Shown piece after piece: positions 6,784-16,335 of a stretch of DNA of 52,173 nucleotides (the first letter of the stretch is position 1; every line of letters starts with the position of its first letter). The stretch is from an uncultured Clostridia bacterium (GTDB lineage Bacteria; Bacillota; Clostridia; Christensenellales; UBA1242), in NCBI GenBank assembly GCA_944372435.1, contig CALVZD010000002.1, positions 1 through 52,173 of the forward strand. The letters run 5' to 3'. The notes under the pieces are model-generated. The model searched no databases. It saw nothing but the letters and a program-made list of their open reading frames with translations, and had not been told where the DNA came from. Made by a program: the position numbers and the translations under genes.

Positions 6784-7320
6784 ATGAATAAAACAAAGAG
6801 AACTTTACTTTTGGTAAGTGGAATATTGTCACTTGTTGAGACTTTTGTGCTTTTGATTTTGATTTTCAGCATAAACTCGTTGTTAGACAATGTCGTCAAA
6901 ACAATTGAAGAAACATCTATGCCTTATGAGCAAATTACGGAACAAGAACTGCAATTTATTAAAACCTTTTTAAAAAGTTTAATGATAATATATGCATTTT
7001 TTACTACATTGGCAGGAATTTTTACTTTAATTTCAATAAGCAATCCTGAAAAATTTGAATCAAGACGTGGACTTTATGTAACAGGTGCAGTTTTCACCAT
7101 CCTTTCAGGACCAATTTCTCTGCCTTCCATTTTATATTATGTGAATTTCGCTATAAAAGATCAAATTGCAATTCAGCAGTCCCCAGCACAACCATCTGAA
7201 AGCAAAAACGACTATGACGATATAGAAAAAAAGATTAAACTGCTACGAGAATTAAAAGATCACGAAGAGATAACAAAAGAAGAATTTAGAAAAAGACTTT
7301 CAGACCTTTCGGATAAATAA
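6784..7320 (+). CDS. Membrane protein with a C-terminal SHOCT-like domain
   Basis: GAGGTG RBS before the ATG at 6784 (ORF track start 6775). About four TM helices. The C-terminal KIKLLRELKDHEEITKEEFRKRLSDL matches the SHOCT pattern. TTGACA..TATAAA promoter upstream. Confidence 0.65.
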   Translation: MNKTKRTLLLVSGILSLVETFVLLILIFSINSLLDNVVKTIEETSMPYEQITEQELQFIKTFLKSLMIIYAFFTTLAGIFTLISISNPEKFESRRGLYVTGAVFTILSGPISLPSILYYVNFAIKDQIAIQQSPAQPSESKNDYDDIEKKIKLLRELKDHEEITKEEFRKRLSDLSDK

Positions 7321-7324
7321 TAAC

Positions 7325-7973
7325 CTACTTTAACCGCAGTTTTTTGATAACGGCTTTTGTTTGATCGCGAGTTCTGAAAGATTGGCAAGCTTTTGTTATC
7401 GTTTGATTGCGAACAAATTTGTCCTGAACCTGCTCGAGAAAGTTTGTCATAAACTCCGGCGCAAAAGTGAAAGCTTCTGCATATGCCCATGCGAGCGCCA
7501 TTTTCACATAGTAGTTGTCATCACTGACAGCTGACAGGATTTTCAAACATCCTTGCAGATCCTCTTTTAACACAAACCTCATCAGCCACACAATTCCAAA
7601 ACGCTTGGAAAATGGATTTGGGCTTTTTGTGAGGTTTTCAAAAAAACTTTTGCTCGCTTTGCATGCCTTTCAGTCGCACAACGATGACATCGCAACTGCC
7701 CCAGTTGTCGATGAAAGGCAATAGCGCTTTGAGCCGCTCCACCTTTGAAGCTGGTGAGCTTTTTGAAAAGGCGATCTTGTAACCCCAAAGCACAATTTGC
7801 TCGTGATAAATTGGGCTAAGAAACACTTCCTCATCCCCAGCGTTTGCCTTTGCATATTTTTCGAGCAGCGAGTTTTGCACGCCCAAAATTTTATATTTTG
7901 TGAAAATCATTTTTTGATCAAACTTTGCTCGCTCTGCGCTCGCATTCGCAAGCAAAAATTCTAAATCTTTCAT
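7325..7973 (-). pseudogene. DNA alkylation repair protein (AlkD/HEAT-like family) interrupted by a 1-nt frameshift
   Basis: ORFs 7638..8021 (IDNWGSCD motif; probable start MKDLEF at 7973 after GGAGAAAAG) and 7325..7591 (DDNYYVKMALAWAYAEAF...). They join in the +1 frame as KFF-ENLTKSPNPFSKRFGIVWLMRF across an A7/T7 run at 7640-7646. Confidence 0.75.
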
Positions 7974-8013
7974 CTTTTCTCCATAAAAAAAGCAAAATTG
8001 TTTAAATTTTGCT

Positions 8014-9060
8014 TTAACCATAAAATTCTAGTTTGCTTCCCTTTTCGACCTTTGAATTGTCTTTTTTTCTATATTCTTCAAAACAACTTTTGAGACGAGC
8101 TGTCATTTCTGTCTCTTCTTTTTCTTCGTTGAACGACTTGCCTTGAATTTCGCTATCAATTTGGCGCTGCTGCAAACGATAGTTTTCCACCATTGTGGCA
8201 TATCTCTCAAACTTTTTGTCATAGCTGAAATCTTTATCTTTAACAAGCTCCTCCAAAGTCACATCACCTGAGAGATATTCGAAAACTTTTTTGCCAAGCT
8301 CGGTGCGTCCTTCTGTGAGATTGCCCAAAAGATCGCGCTGCATTTTTTGGGTTTTGCCCTGTTCGATAACAGTTGCAAAGCCGTCGTGATAGCCAGTGGC
8401 GTAGCCATAAAGCCCTTCAAGGTTGCCAGCGAGATTGAAAAATCTAAAAATTACTGGATCGCCGTTATATCTGACCAGTGCAAAGCCGTCTGAATAAGAA
8501 TCCGCTTGATCAAAGGTAATTCTGCCAAGTTTTCCTTTTCTGTCTCGGAAACCAAACTTGCCATTTTTTGTTATATAAAGCGCTTTTCCATAAGAATATC
8601 CTTCTGCATAAGGATAATATTTGCTGCTTTCTCCGTTCTCATCGATAAAGAAGTAGTCATCCTCTCCTATTTTTTTAGCAACTGCTGGGCCGTTTTGCAT
8701 GGTTGTAAGATATTCGAAATTGCCAACAAACTTACCATTTTTTGCAATGTAAAGTTGAAAAGGGGCATTTTTTTGTCGTTGAACAACTCGATAGCCAAAA
8801 TATTCGTCAGAAACATATTCAAACGTTTCAGGCTCGAGAATGCCAAGTTTTTCGTTATAGCGCTGAAAGAGCTTGCTTTCTTGTCGTTTAACAAATCTGT
8901 AACCATGAGACGCGTCAGAAACATACACGCATGGGATCCGTTTTTGTTTACCTCCTTCTTGTCGAACTAGAAGATAAGACAAGTTGTCGTCGCCTAGAAT
9001 AACTGGTTTGTTTTCAAAATCTTCTTTCAATTTTTTCATATTTTCTGCACTGTATTCCAT
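8014..9060 (-). CDS. WG-repeat (KWG-type) protein, paralogue 1
   Basis: Repeated F/Y-x-DGFA / GKFGFRDRKG / GYRVV units. Own TTGACA-18-TAAAAT promoter at about 9085-9115. C-terminal RDLLGNLT..LGKKVFEY..FSYDKKF module shared with the two upstream genes. Confidence 0.7.
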   Translation of the reverse strand: MEYSAENMKKLKEDFENKPVILGDDNLSYLLVRQEGGKQKRIPCVYVSDASHGYRFVKRQESKLFQRYNEKLGILEPETFEYVSDEYFGYRVVQRQKNAPFQLYIAKNGKFVGNFEYLTTMQNGPAVAKKIGEDDYFFIDENGESSKYYPYAEGYSYGKALYITKNGKFGFRDRKGKLGRITFDQADSYSDGFALVRYNGDPVIFRFFNLAGNLEGLYGYATGYHDGFATVIEQGKTQKMQRDLLGNLTEGRTELGKKVFEYLSGDVTLEELVKDKDFSYDKKFERYATMVENYRLQQRQIDSEIQGKSFNEEKEETEMTARLKSCFEEYRKKDNSKVEKGSKLEFYG

Positions 9061-9147
9061 ATTACCTCACTTTTTTTTATTTTATCATAAATTTGTGCGG
9101 GCTGTCAAACTAAATGGTTTACAATTCTCTTTTTAGCTTTGACAGAT

Positions 9148-9861
9148 TTATTTTGACAGAGCGTTTTCTTTTTGTTCGGTGGAGTTTTCGCCATCTAAAT
9201 GAACGGCTTTATAACTTTTTATTTCCTTTTCCACATCCGAAAGCCTTTTTTGAATTATCGCTTTGTCATAATCAGAAATTTCTTTTTTGATTAATTGTGG
9301 ATAATATCTGAGCAAAATTTTGTAACGCTCGTTGTTCATGACAAAATCGCCAAGCTTTTCGTCATAAGGCAGACGAGCATCACGGAGTAGAGTTTTGTAA
9401 TCTATATCGTTCGCCTGGTCGCTGTAATAAGAATAAACTCGCTTGCCAAGATATGTCGATTTTCGAGTCACATTGCCAAGCATATCGCGATAAAAAATTT
9501 TGGTCGAACTAAAATTTTGAACCTTTGAAAAGCCGCAGGAATAATATGTGACAACATCATATGAATCCTCGCTGACTTTTCCAGAATGGTCTATGAAATG
9601 AAACTTTCTTTCGTTAGGCAGTCTTCCGATGCCGATGCCGTCATAATAATCCAGCAGATATTCAAAGCCTGTGTCACCTATCTCGCCAAAAAGATTGCGA
9701 TAAAACCAAAGCCCGCCCTTTTCGATTTTGACAGGTGCAAAACCGTCAGAATATTCACGAACCTGAAAAAACGCGTCGCGAGAAAGCTTTCCGAACATAT
9801 TTCGAAAGCGAAAGCCATCTTTGCATTTGACAGTGTCTGGAAAAATCATTTTGTTTCTCAT
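9148..9861 (-). CDS. WG-repeat protein, paralogue 2
   Basis: SDGFAPVKIEKGGLWFYRNLFG repeats and the shared C-terminal module RDMLGNVT..LGKRVYSY..LPYDEKL. Starts 3 nt after the stop of the upstream paralogue. Confidence 0.7.
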   Translation of the reverse strand: MRNKMIFPDTVKCKDGFRFRNMFGKLSRDAFFQVREYSDGFAPVKIEKGGLWFYRNLFGEIGDTGFEYLLDYYDGIGIGRLPNERKFHFIDHSGKVSEDSYDVVTYYSCGFSKVQNFSSTKIFYRDMLGNVTRKSTYLGKRVYSYYSDQANDIDYKTLLRDARLPYDEKLGDFVMNNERYKILLRYYPQLIKKEISDYDKAIIQKRLSDVEKEIKSYKAVHLDGENSTEQKENALSK

Positions 9862-9864
9862 GTT

Positions 9865-10434
9865 TTATCTGCTGAGAGAGCTTTTTTGAGGATCGTCCAT
9901 GATTTGCTCTCTTTCGTCCTTGGTGTTTTCATATTTTTTAATAATTGGGTCAATTTTGCTGTGAAGTTCGGCCTTTGCCCTCTCCATTCTGCTCTTTGTG
10001 CGATACTTTGAGAGCTTTCTTTCCTCTGTCGCAACGATAAACGGAACAAGTTTTTCGTCAAAAGGAAGTTTTTCGTCAGACAAAAGCCGTTCTGCCTTTA
10101 TTCTGCCTTCAACATAATCACAAACGCGTTTGCCGAGGTAGGTTTCATCCTGCGACAAATTTCCAAGAAGATCACGCCTTTTAAGAGAACCATTCTCGTT
10201 TTTTTGAACAAAAGCGAAGCCTGCATAATAACAAGTTGCAAGCAAATAGTAGTCGTTGTTGCTGACTTTGCCGTCGGCATCGAGATAATAGCAGTATTTT
10301 TTTCCGTCAACAAGGCGCAGACCATTTGACTCTGGCAAAATTTTGATAACGTCTTCTGGCAATCTTTCTCGATTTTTGCTTTTAATTTTTCTTACAGGAA
10401 GATTTTTGTCTTCATTTTTTCTTATGTTTGCCAT
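9865..10434 (-). CDS. WG-repeat protein, paralogue 3 (short)
   Basis: GGAGGG RBS. YAGFAFVQKNENG repeat and the shared module RRDLLGNLS..LGKRVCDY..LPFDEKL. Confidence 0.65.
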   Translation of the reverse strand: MANIRKNEDKNLPVRKIKSKNRERLPEDVIKILPESNGLRLVDGKKYCYYLDADGKVSNNDYYLLATCYYAGFAFVQKNENGSLKRRDLLGNLSQDETYLGKRVCDYVEGRIKAERLLSDEKLPFDEKLVPFIVATEERKLSKYRTKSRMERAKAELHSKIDPIIKKYENTKDEREQIMDDPQKSSLSR

Positions 10435-10487
10435 AATTTCCCTCCATTTTTAAAATTTTTAAAGCTTTTGTGTTAAATTTCTTTTAA

Positions 10488-10516
10488 ATTATACGCAAAA
10501 ACTCTCGCTTTGTCAA
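10488..10516 (-). promoter_or_regulatory. Consensus promoter of the WG-repeat operon
   Basis: Minus strand: TTGACA (10516-10511), 17-nt spacer, TATAAT (10493-10488). Confidence 0.7.
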
Positions 10517-10540
10517 TACTGTTTTGCAAATTTTGATCTC

Positions 10541-10567
10541 AAAAAAAAGCAGCGCGATGCTGCTTTG
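10541..10567 (-). terminator. Rho-independent terminator of clpX
   Basis: Minus strand: GCAGC-atcgc-GCTGC followed by T8. Confidence 0.8.
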
Positions 10568-10617
10568 TTTGATCACTAAGCTAAACCGTCCGAGGCTATC
10601 TTGCTAGCCACCTATTG

Positions 10618-11886
10618 TTATATAGCCTGCTGATCGAGTTTGTCTTGACGCGGTTTTAAAACTATGTCTGGTTCGCCATTTTGTTGAGTTATGAATTTTT
10701 CTGTTATTATAACCTTTTCAATATTAGTTTTGCCTGGCAGATCATACATAAGCTTCATCATCTTGCCTTCTAATATTGTCCTTAACCCTCTCGCTCCTGT
10801 TTTAAGTTCTATCGCCTTTTTCGCGACAGCTTTCAAAGCTTCCTGCGTAAAATCTATTTCCATGCCATCTATTTTAAACATCTTTTTGTATTGTTTGACA
10901 ATAGAATTTTTTGGTTCAACCAAGATTTTTGCAAGTGCATTTTCATCTAGGTCATCAAGTCCAACAACAACTGGCATTCTGCCTACAAATTCTGGGATTA
11001 AACCAAATTTTATTAAATCATCTGGTTGCACTTCCTTCGCGAAATTAAAATCCTTTTTCTCTTGCACGGTTTTTACATCTGCATTAAATCCAACAGAAGA
11101 AGAATTTTTACGAGCTTCAATGATCGAATCAAGCCCAACGAACGCGCCGCCACAAATAAACAATATGTTTGTGGTGTCGATTTGAATAGTCTCCTGCTGC
11201 GGATGCTTGCGACCGCCCTGTGGTGGAACATTTGCGATCGTGCTTTCGATGATTTTTAATAACGCTTGCTGAACTCCTTCGCCTGCGACATCGCGAGTGA
11301 TCGAAACGTTTTGCGTCTTTTTGGCAATTTTGTCGATTTCGTCAATATATATGATGCCACGCTGCGCCTTTCTTATGTCAAAATCGGCGTTTTGGATGAG
11401 CTTTAAGAGTATGTTTTCAACATCGTCGCCCACATACCCCGCCTCAGTGAGCGTTGTAGCGTCGGCCGCCGCAAAAGGCACTTTCAAGATCTTTGCCAAA
11501 GTTTTTGCAAGCAAAGTCTTGCCCGAACCGGTTGGACCAATCATCAAAATGTTGCTTTTTTCAAGTTCGATGTCGTCATTTTTTTCTTTTTTTGAAAAGT
11601 TGTAATTGATGCGTTTGTAGTGATTGTAAACAGAAACTGCAAGCACGCGCTTTGCCTCGTCTTGCCCGATAATATATTCGTCGAGCTTTGCCTTGATCTC
11701 TGATGGGATTGGAAGCTCGATTTTTTCAAGGCTTTCGTGCTGCTCGTCTTCTTTTATTATCTCCTTGCATATTGCGATGCATTCGTCACAGATGTACGCT
11801 TCGCCGTTTGGGCTTGCTATGATCTTTTTTGCATTTTTTTGTGGTTTGCCGCAAAATGAGCAAGAACACGTTTCAGAATTTTTCAA
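10618..11886 (-). CDS. clpX: ATP-dependent Clp protease ATP-binding subunit ClpX
   Basis: N-terminal zinc ribbon CSFCGK..CDEC. Walker A GPTGSGKT. Walker [10 protein letters not shown]. Full-length similarity pattern. Confidence 0.95.
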   Translation of the reverse strand: MKNSETCSCSFCGKPQKNAKKIIASPNGEAYICDECIAICKEIIKEDEQHESLEKIELPIPSEIKAKLDEYIIGQDEAKRVLAVSVYNHYKRINYNFSKKEKNDDIELEKSNILMIGPTGSGKTLLAKTLAKILKVPFAAADATTLTEAGYVGDDVENILLKLIQNADFDIRKAQRGIIYIDEIDKIAKKTQNVSITRDVAGEGVQQALLKIIESTIANVPPQGGRKHPQQETIQIDTTNILFICGGAFVGLDSIIEARKNSSSVGFNADVKTVQEKKDFNFAKEVQPDDLIKFGLIPEFVGRMPVVVGLDDLDENALAKILVEPKNSIVKQYKKMFKIDGMEIDFTQEALKAVAKKAIELKTGARGLRTILEGKMMKLMYDLPGKTNIEKVIITEKFITQQNGEPDIVLKPRQDKLDQQAI

Positions 11887-12483
11887 TCATTCCCCCTTTT
11901 TGGCCTTTCTTGTAACGAAAATCTGATCCACAAGGCCATATTTTTTTGCCTCTTCGGCCGTCATATAGTTGTCACGATCGGTGTCTTTTTCGATCACTTT
12001 TAGGCTTTTGCCTGTGTTTTCGCTTAGTATTTCGTTTATTTTCATTTTTATTCTGGCGATATGCCTAGCCTGAATTTCGATGTCGCTGGCCTGACCTTGC
12101 GCGCCACCAAGTGGCTGGTGAATCATGATTTCACTGTTTGGCAAAGCAAATCTCTTGCCCTTTGTGCCGCTTGAAAGCAGAAAAGCCCCCATCGACGCTG
12201 CAAGCCCAACGCATATCGTTGTCACATCGCATTTGATGTATTGCATCGTGTCATATATCGCAAAGCCTGCGCTGACACTGCCGCCCGGGCTGTTGATATA
12301 CAAAAAGATGTCTTTGTCTGGGTTTTTGCCCTCCAAATAAATCAGCTGGGCTATGACAAGATTTGCAACATTGTCATCAATCTCGCCATTCAAGAAAATT
12401 ATTCGGTCTTCAAGCAGCCTGGAATAGATGTCATATGACCTTTCGCCAGCTCCTTTTTGATCGATGACCATTGGAATTAGCAT
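11887..12483 (-). CDS. clpP: ATP-dependent Clp protease proteolytic subunit ClpP
   Basis: [11 protein letters not shown]..., GLAASMGA (Ser) and IMIHQPLGG (His) motifs. Directly abuts clpX. Confidence 0.95.
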   Translation of the reverse strand: MLIPMVIDQKGAGERSYDIYSRLLEDRIIFLNGEIDDNVANLVIAQLIYLEGKNPDKDIFLYINSPGGSVSAGFAIYDTMQYIKCDVTTICVGLAASMGAFLLSSGTKGKRFALPNSEIMIHQPLGGAQGQASDIEIQARHIARIKMKINEILSENTGKSLKVIEKDTDRDNYMTAEEAKKYGLVDQIFVTRKAKKGE

Positions 12484-12495
12484 GCTTTCCTCCTG

Positions 12496-13767
12496 TTATG
12501 AATTTTTCGATTTTAAAAGTTCGATGAGTTTGTTCATCAAGATGTCGTTTTGAATGTAGTTAAGCTCATATTCGCTCATGCCTTTTTCGACCTCTTCGCA
12601 GGTCGTTCCGCGCGCTTCGGCAACCTCATGCAATTTTGCGTGAACCTCATCGTGCGAGATGCTGATCTCGTTGTCTTTGACGATCTTTTGCAGCACGAGC
12701 CTTGTTTTGAGCACTCTCTTTGCCTCTTCAAGCTGCTCTTTGTCAAAGTCTTCGCGAGTTTTGCCGATGTAAGAGAGATAATCATCAAGCTTTATATGTT
12801 GATACGCAAGACGACCCTCAAAATCCTGCACAAGATGCTCTTTTTCATGCTCGATCATAGAGTTTGGAATTTCAACCTTGGCTTTTTTGACAACCTCCTC
12901 AATGAGCGCGTTTTCAAACTCTCGTTCAGCTTGGTTTTGCTTTGCTTGAAGAAGTTTTGCCTTTACGTCGTTTTTGTATTCCTCAACGGTTGCAAATTCT
13001 GTCGCAAAAGAGACAAGTTTGTCGCTGAGCTCTTGCGCCTGCTTTTTTTCAACCTTTTTGACTTTGACAGCAAAATCGGCTGGCTTGCCTGCCAAGTTTT
13101 CAGCAGGATAGTTTTGTGGAAACGAGACTTTGACAACCTTTTCATCTCCGGCTTTCAAGCCAACAAGCTGATCTTCAAAGCCCTCAATAAAGGTGTGAGA
13201 GCCAAGCTCGAGGCGATAGTCTTCCGCCGTGCCGCCGTCAAATTTTACGCCGTCAACAGAGCCGGAAAAATCGATATTGACAAAATCACCGTTTTCAGCT
13301 GGTTGGTCGCTTTCAACAAAACGCGCCTGGCTGTCAACAAACCTTTTGACCTGCTCGTCAACTTCTTCCTGGCTGACAGAAGGCTTTTTCTTTTTAACGC
13401 TGAGGCTGATTGGCCCAAGTTCAACTTCTGGCATAAGAAGCACAGTCAGGCTGACTTTCAAGCCATCTGCGGTCATTGAATCGATGTTGACTTTTGGATA
13501 GTCGGCGATTTCGAGGTCTGGGTTGTTTTTCAAAAATTCGGCATATTCCATAGACACAACCTCGTCGAAAGCGTCGTCATAAAAAACTGTGTCGCCATAA
13601 TTTTTTTCGATCACCTTTCGAGGCGCCTTGCCCTTGCGGAAGCCCTGAATGTTGTATTTTCCCTTGTTTTTTTCATACGATCTTTCAATCGCTTCTTCCC
13701 ACTTTTCTCCTGAAATTTCGATTTTGAGTTTGAGTGAACCTTTTTCACTTTTTTCGCGTGTAACCAT
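12496..13767 (-). CDS. tig: Trigger factor
   Basis: GFRKGKAPRKVIE ribosome-binding signature, a central FKBP-like segment, and the tig-clpP-clpX gene order. Confidence 0.92.
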   Translation of the reverse strand: MVTREKSEKGSLKLKIEISGEKWEEAIERSYEKNKGKYNIQGFRKGKAPRKVIEKNYGDTVFYDDAFDEVVSMEYAEFLKNNPDLEIADYPKVNIDSMTADGLKVSLTVLLMPEVELGPISLSVKKKKPSVSQEEVDEQVKRFVDSQARFVESDQPAENGDFVNIDFSGSVDGVKFDGGTAEDYRLELGSHTFIEGFEDQLVGLKAGDEKVVKVSFPQNYPAENLAGKPADFAVKVKKVEKKQAQELSDKLVSFATEFATVEEYKNDVKAKLLQAKQNQAEREFENALIEEVVKKAKVEIPNSMIEHEKEHLVQDFEGRLAYQHIKLDDYLSYIGKTREDFDKEQLEEAKRVLKTRLVLQKIVKDNEISISHDEVHAKLHEVAEARGTTCEEVEKGMSEYELNYIQNDILMNKLIELLKSKNS

Positions 13768-13877
13768 AGTTTATCTCCTTTTTTTTGTATGCGATACAAT
13801 TTTAGCACAGCCATAATAATTATACAAGCAAATTGCCAAAATAAAACCGAATAATTGTCTGTTAAAATGTCGAATTG

Positions 13878-14249
13878 TTATATGCACATGGCAACTATCA
13901 GAGCAATCGCTCCACCGAGCGCAAGCGCGATTTCAAGATAATAGATCGCCCTCTCTTTGAAAAGCGAACGTTTGAACTTTTTTTTGTATTTTTTCTCTTC
14001 CGCCTCAATTATCTCTTTTGAAAGCTTTTTTTTGTTTATCGTTTCAGCGACAAAAAGCTTGTATCTTTCTGGATAAGTTTTTCTGAACATAACAAAGGCA
14101 TAGATAAACTCGCCCGCCCAATAAAGAAAATAGGCGGCAGAAAGCGCAAGAGTGACATAGTTTTTGTCATACTGAGCAAAGCGGTTTTCCAAAACTGCGG
14201 CGATGATTATGCCGACAATAAAGCAGACATTTGTGATAAATTTTCTCAT
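13878..14249 (-). CDS. Hypothetical small membrane protein
   Basis: 123 aa, 3-4 TM helices with a central Lys/Glu-rich loop. Last gene of the gap-containing operon. Confidence 0.5.
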   Translation of the reverse strand: MRKFITNVCFIVGIIIAAVLENRFAQYDKNYVTLALSAAYFLYWAGEFIYAFVMFRKTYPERYKLFVAETINKKKLSKEIIEAEEKKYKKKFKRSLFKERAIYYLEIALALGGAIALIVAMCI

Positions 14250-14258
14250 TTTAAACCC

Positions 14259-14552
14259 TTAGAGCACGATGTTGACGATGTATAAAACGACTATCGAAAC
14301 GGTGAAGATGATGTAGAGCACAAGCCACACCACATGAGTTTTTCGTTTCACCCAAAGCCCTGCAACAACGATGCAGACTATGTAGGCGACAGCCTCACCG
14401 ACATAGCGAAAAGCGTCTGCCAGCGTTTTGCTGCCAAAGATTGCGCTGAGAAGCAGTGCAACTGCGATGCACCCGATCCCAATGTAGGCAAAAAGCTCAA
14501 AAGTCTTTTCCCAAGACCATTTTTCCTGAGGAGAATTGAAGCGCTTTTGCAT
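14259..14552 (-). CDS. Hypothetical small membrane protein
   Basis: The ATG at 14552 overlaps the gap stop (TAATG). The 97-aa product [14 protein letters not shown]... has three TM helices. The longer track ORF to 14612 would overlap gap. Confidence 0.5.
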   Translation of the reverse strand: MQKRFNSPQEKWSWEKTFELFAYIGIGCIAVALLLSAIFGSKTLADAFRYVGEAVAYIVCIVVAGLWVKRKTHVVWLVLYIIFTVSIVVLYIVNIVL

Positions 14553-15559
14553 TATTTGATCCCCTTGCTGATATGCTCGGCAAGATCGACGACTTTGTTT
14601 GAATATCCCCACTCGTTGTCATACCATGCAAACAGTTTGACAAACTTTGGATTCAGCATAATGCCTGCCTCAACATCGAAAACGCAGGTGTGCTCTTCGC
14701 CAATAAAATCGCTTGAAACGACTTTGTCACAAGTCCAGCTCATAACGCCTTTCATCGTCGTTTTTGAGGCTTTTTTGATCGCGTCGACAATTTGCTCATA
14801 GGTCGCAGGCTTTTTAAGAGAGCAGGTCAAATCGACCACCGACACATTTATGGTTGGCACTCTGCAACTCATGCCGGTGATTTTGCCTTTGAGCTCTGGA
14901 ATGACCTCGCCCACCGCCTTTGCTGCGCCTGTGGAAGATGGGATGATGTTGTAAGAGGCAGCTCTTCCGCCCCTCCAATCTTTTTTGCTTGCGCCGTCAA
15001 CTGTGAGCTGCGAAGCCGTGACAGAGTGGATGGTTGTCATGAGTGCCTGCTCGATGCCGAAAGCATCGTTTAGCACCTTTGCAAGTGGAGCCAAACAGTT
15101 GGTCGTGCAGGAGGCGTTGGAAATGACGTTCATGCTGTTTTTGTATTCTTTGTGATTGACGCCCATCACAAACATAGGCATACCTTTGCCAGGTGCTGTG
15201 ACGATCACTTTTTTTGCGCCGCCTTGCAAGTGAAGCGAAGCGCCTTCATAGTTTGTGAACTTTCCGGTGGCCTCTATGATCACCTCAGCGCCAGCATCCG
15301 CCCATGGAATTTTGTCTGGATCGCGGATTTCAAAAAATTTGGCCGAGCTTGAACCGATATTCAACCTTCCGTCCTTTACCGAGGTTGGAATGTCAAACTT
15401 GCCGTGGATGGTGTCGTGATCGATGAGATATTTTGCATATTCAACATCCAAAAATGGATCATTGATTGCGCAGATCTGAATTCCCCTCTTTGCACATATA
15501 CGCGCAACAAGCCTGCCAATCCTTCCAAAACCGTTAATACCAATTTTCAATTTAGACAT
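14552..15559 (-). CDS. gap: Glyceraldehyde-3-phosphate dehydrogenase
   Basis: [12 protein letters not shown]-binding motif and [15 protein letters not shown] active site. 335 aa. Confidence 0.95.
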   Translation of the reverse strand: MSKLKIGINGFGRIGRLVARICAKRGIQICAINDPFLDVEYAKYLIDHDTIHGKFDIPTSVKDGRLNIGSSSAKFFEIRDPDKIPWADAGAEVIIEATGKFTNYEGASLHLQGGAKKVIVTAPGKGMPMFVMGVNHKEYKNSMNVISNASCTTNCLAPLAKVLNDAFGIEQALMTTIHSVTASQLTVDGASKKDWRGGRAASYNIIPSSTGAAKAVGEVIPELKGKITGMSCRVPTINVSVVDLTCSLKKPATYEQIVDAIKKASKTTMKGVMSWTCDKVVSSDFIGEEHTCVFDVEAGIMLNPKFVKLFAWYDNEWGYSNKVVDLAEHISKGIK

Positions 15560-15560
15560 T

Positions 15561-16325
15561 TTACACCTCCTCTGCCTTTGAAAAATATCTTTTTCCTGTT
15601 CTGATTGTCAAAATGTAGATCGCAACTGAGATCAACAAACCGAGCCCTGTGATCAAAACTGCGCAAATCCAAAGCAGCACCGATAAAAATGTGACTGGAC
15701 AGAACAGATAGTAGACGACGATCGAGGCTATGACCGCCAAAAATAACGCTATAAATCCAATCAACATTAGGTTGTTGCGAGCGCGAGAATACTCCTTTTT
15801 TGCAGGAGGCGAACTGGTTTTCACATAGCCAACTGTCACGCCCTTCCATCTGTTCACACGCGAAGCATATGAAAGGTTTGATATATTGAGGATGACCTTT
15901 GAGATCTCCTCAGAAAAACCCACCGCCGACACATCTCCGTCGAAAAAAGAAAAGTCGAACAGCAGTCTTATAATTTTTTTCCAAATATTAAAGAAAAATT
16001 CGCAAAATTTGTTTCTCTTTTTTTGATCGCACACTGTTATGTCAGTTTTTGAGGTCAAAAACTTTAAAAGTTCGTCGTGAGAAAGCTGTTTTCGCAAAAC
16101 TATCGTTGTGCCCTCTTCAAGCAGCTGTTGCAAAGAGTTTATCATCTCCTCTTTTTTGCTGCCAGACTTGAAAACCTTGACTTTGATGCCCGCCTTTCGA
16201 AACTTGAAAGCCTCCTTGCCCTCTTGGGTGACCCCGACCAAAATGTTTGCCGAAATTTTCAAACTTTTGACATATTTTGCATTTTCTTCAAAGTTTTCGG
16301 TGACTGGAAATATGATATTTGTCAC
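15561..16325 (-). CDS. Hypothetical protein with a soluble N-terminal domain and two or three C-terminal TM helices
   Basis: 254-aa ORF ending 1 nt before the gap start. No motif I can assign. C-terminal [21 protein letters not shown] and [23 protein letters not shown] helices. Confidence 0.55.
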   Translation of the reverse strand: MTNIIFPVTENFEENAKYVKSLKISANILVGVTQEGKEAFKFRKAGIKVKVFKSGSKKEEMINSLQQLLEEGTTIVLRKQLSHDELLKFLTSKTDITVCDQKKRNKFCEFFFNIWKKIIRLLFDFSFFDGDVSAVGFSEEISKVILNISNLSYASRVNRWKGVTVGYVKTSSPPAKKEYSRARNNLMLIGFIALFLAVIASIVVYYLFCPVTFLSVLLWICAVLITGLGLLISVAIYILTIRTGKRYFSKAEEV

Positions 16326-16335
16326 ATCACCCTCC

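Larger units (their letters stand above)
3980..7320. mobile_element. AT-rich islet adjacent to tRNA-Leu; an integrase-less remnant carrying repeats plus three accessory genes
   Basis: Starts at the tRNA 3' end and contains two displaced copies of the last 21 nt of the tRNA. The three CDSs are clearly AT-richer than the flanking dapF and the genes from 7325 on. No recombinase gene is visible. Confidence 0.45.

Noticed and set aside
12550-13479. 309-aa plus-strand ORF antisense to tig. Similar long antisense ORFs occur at 780-1550, 38160-38756, 42407-43060, 44521-45036 and 10691-11185.
   Set aside because: Each lies entirely inside a well-supported conserved gene on the other strand. None has an RBS, and all have low-complexity Phe/Leu/Lys-rich translations typical of shadows of GAA/AAG-rich codons.
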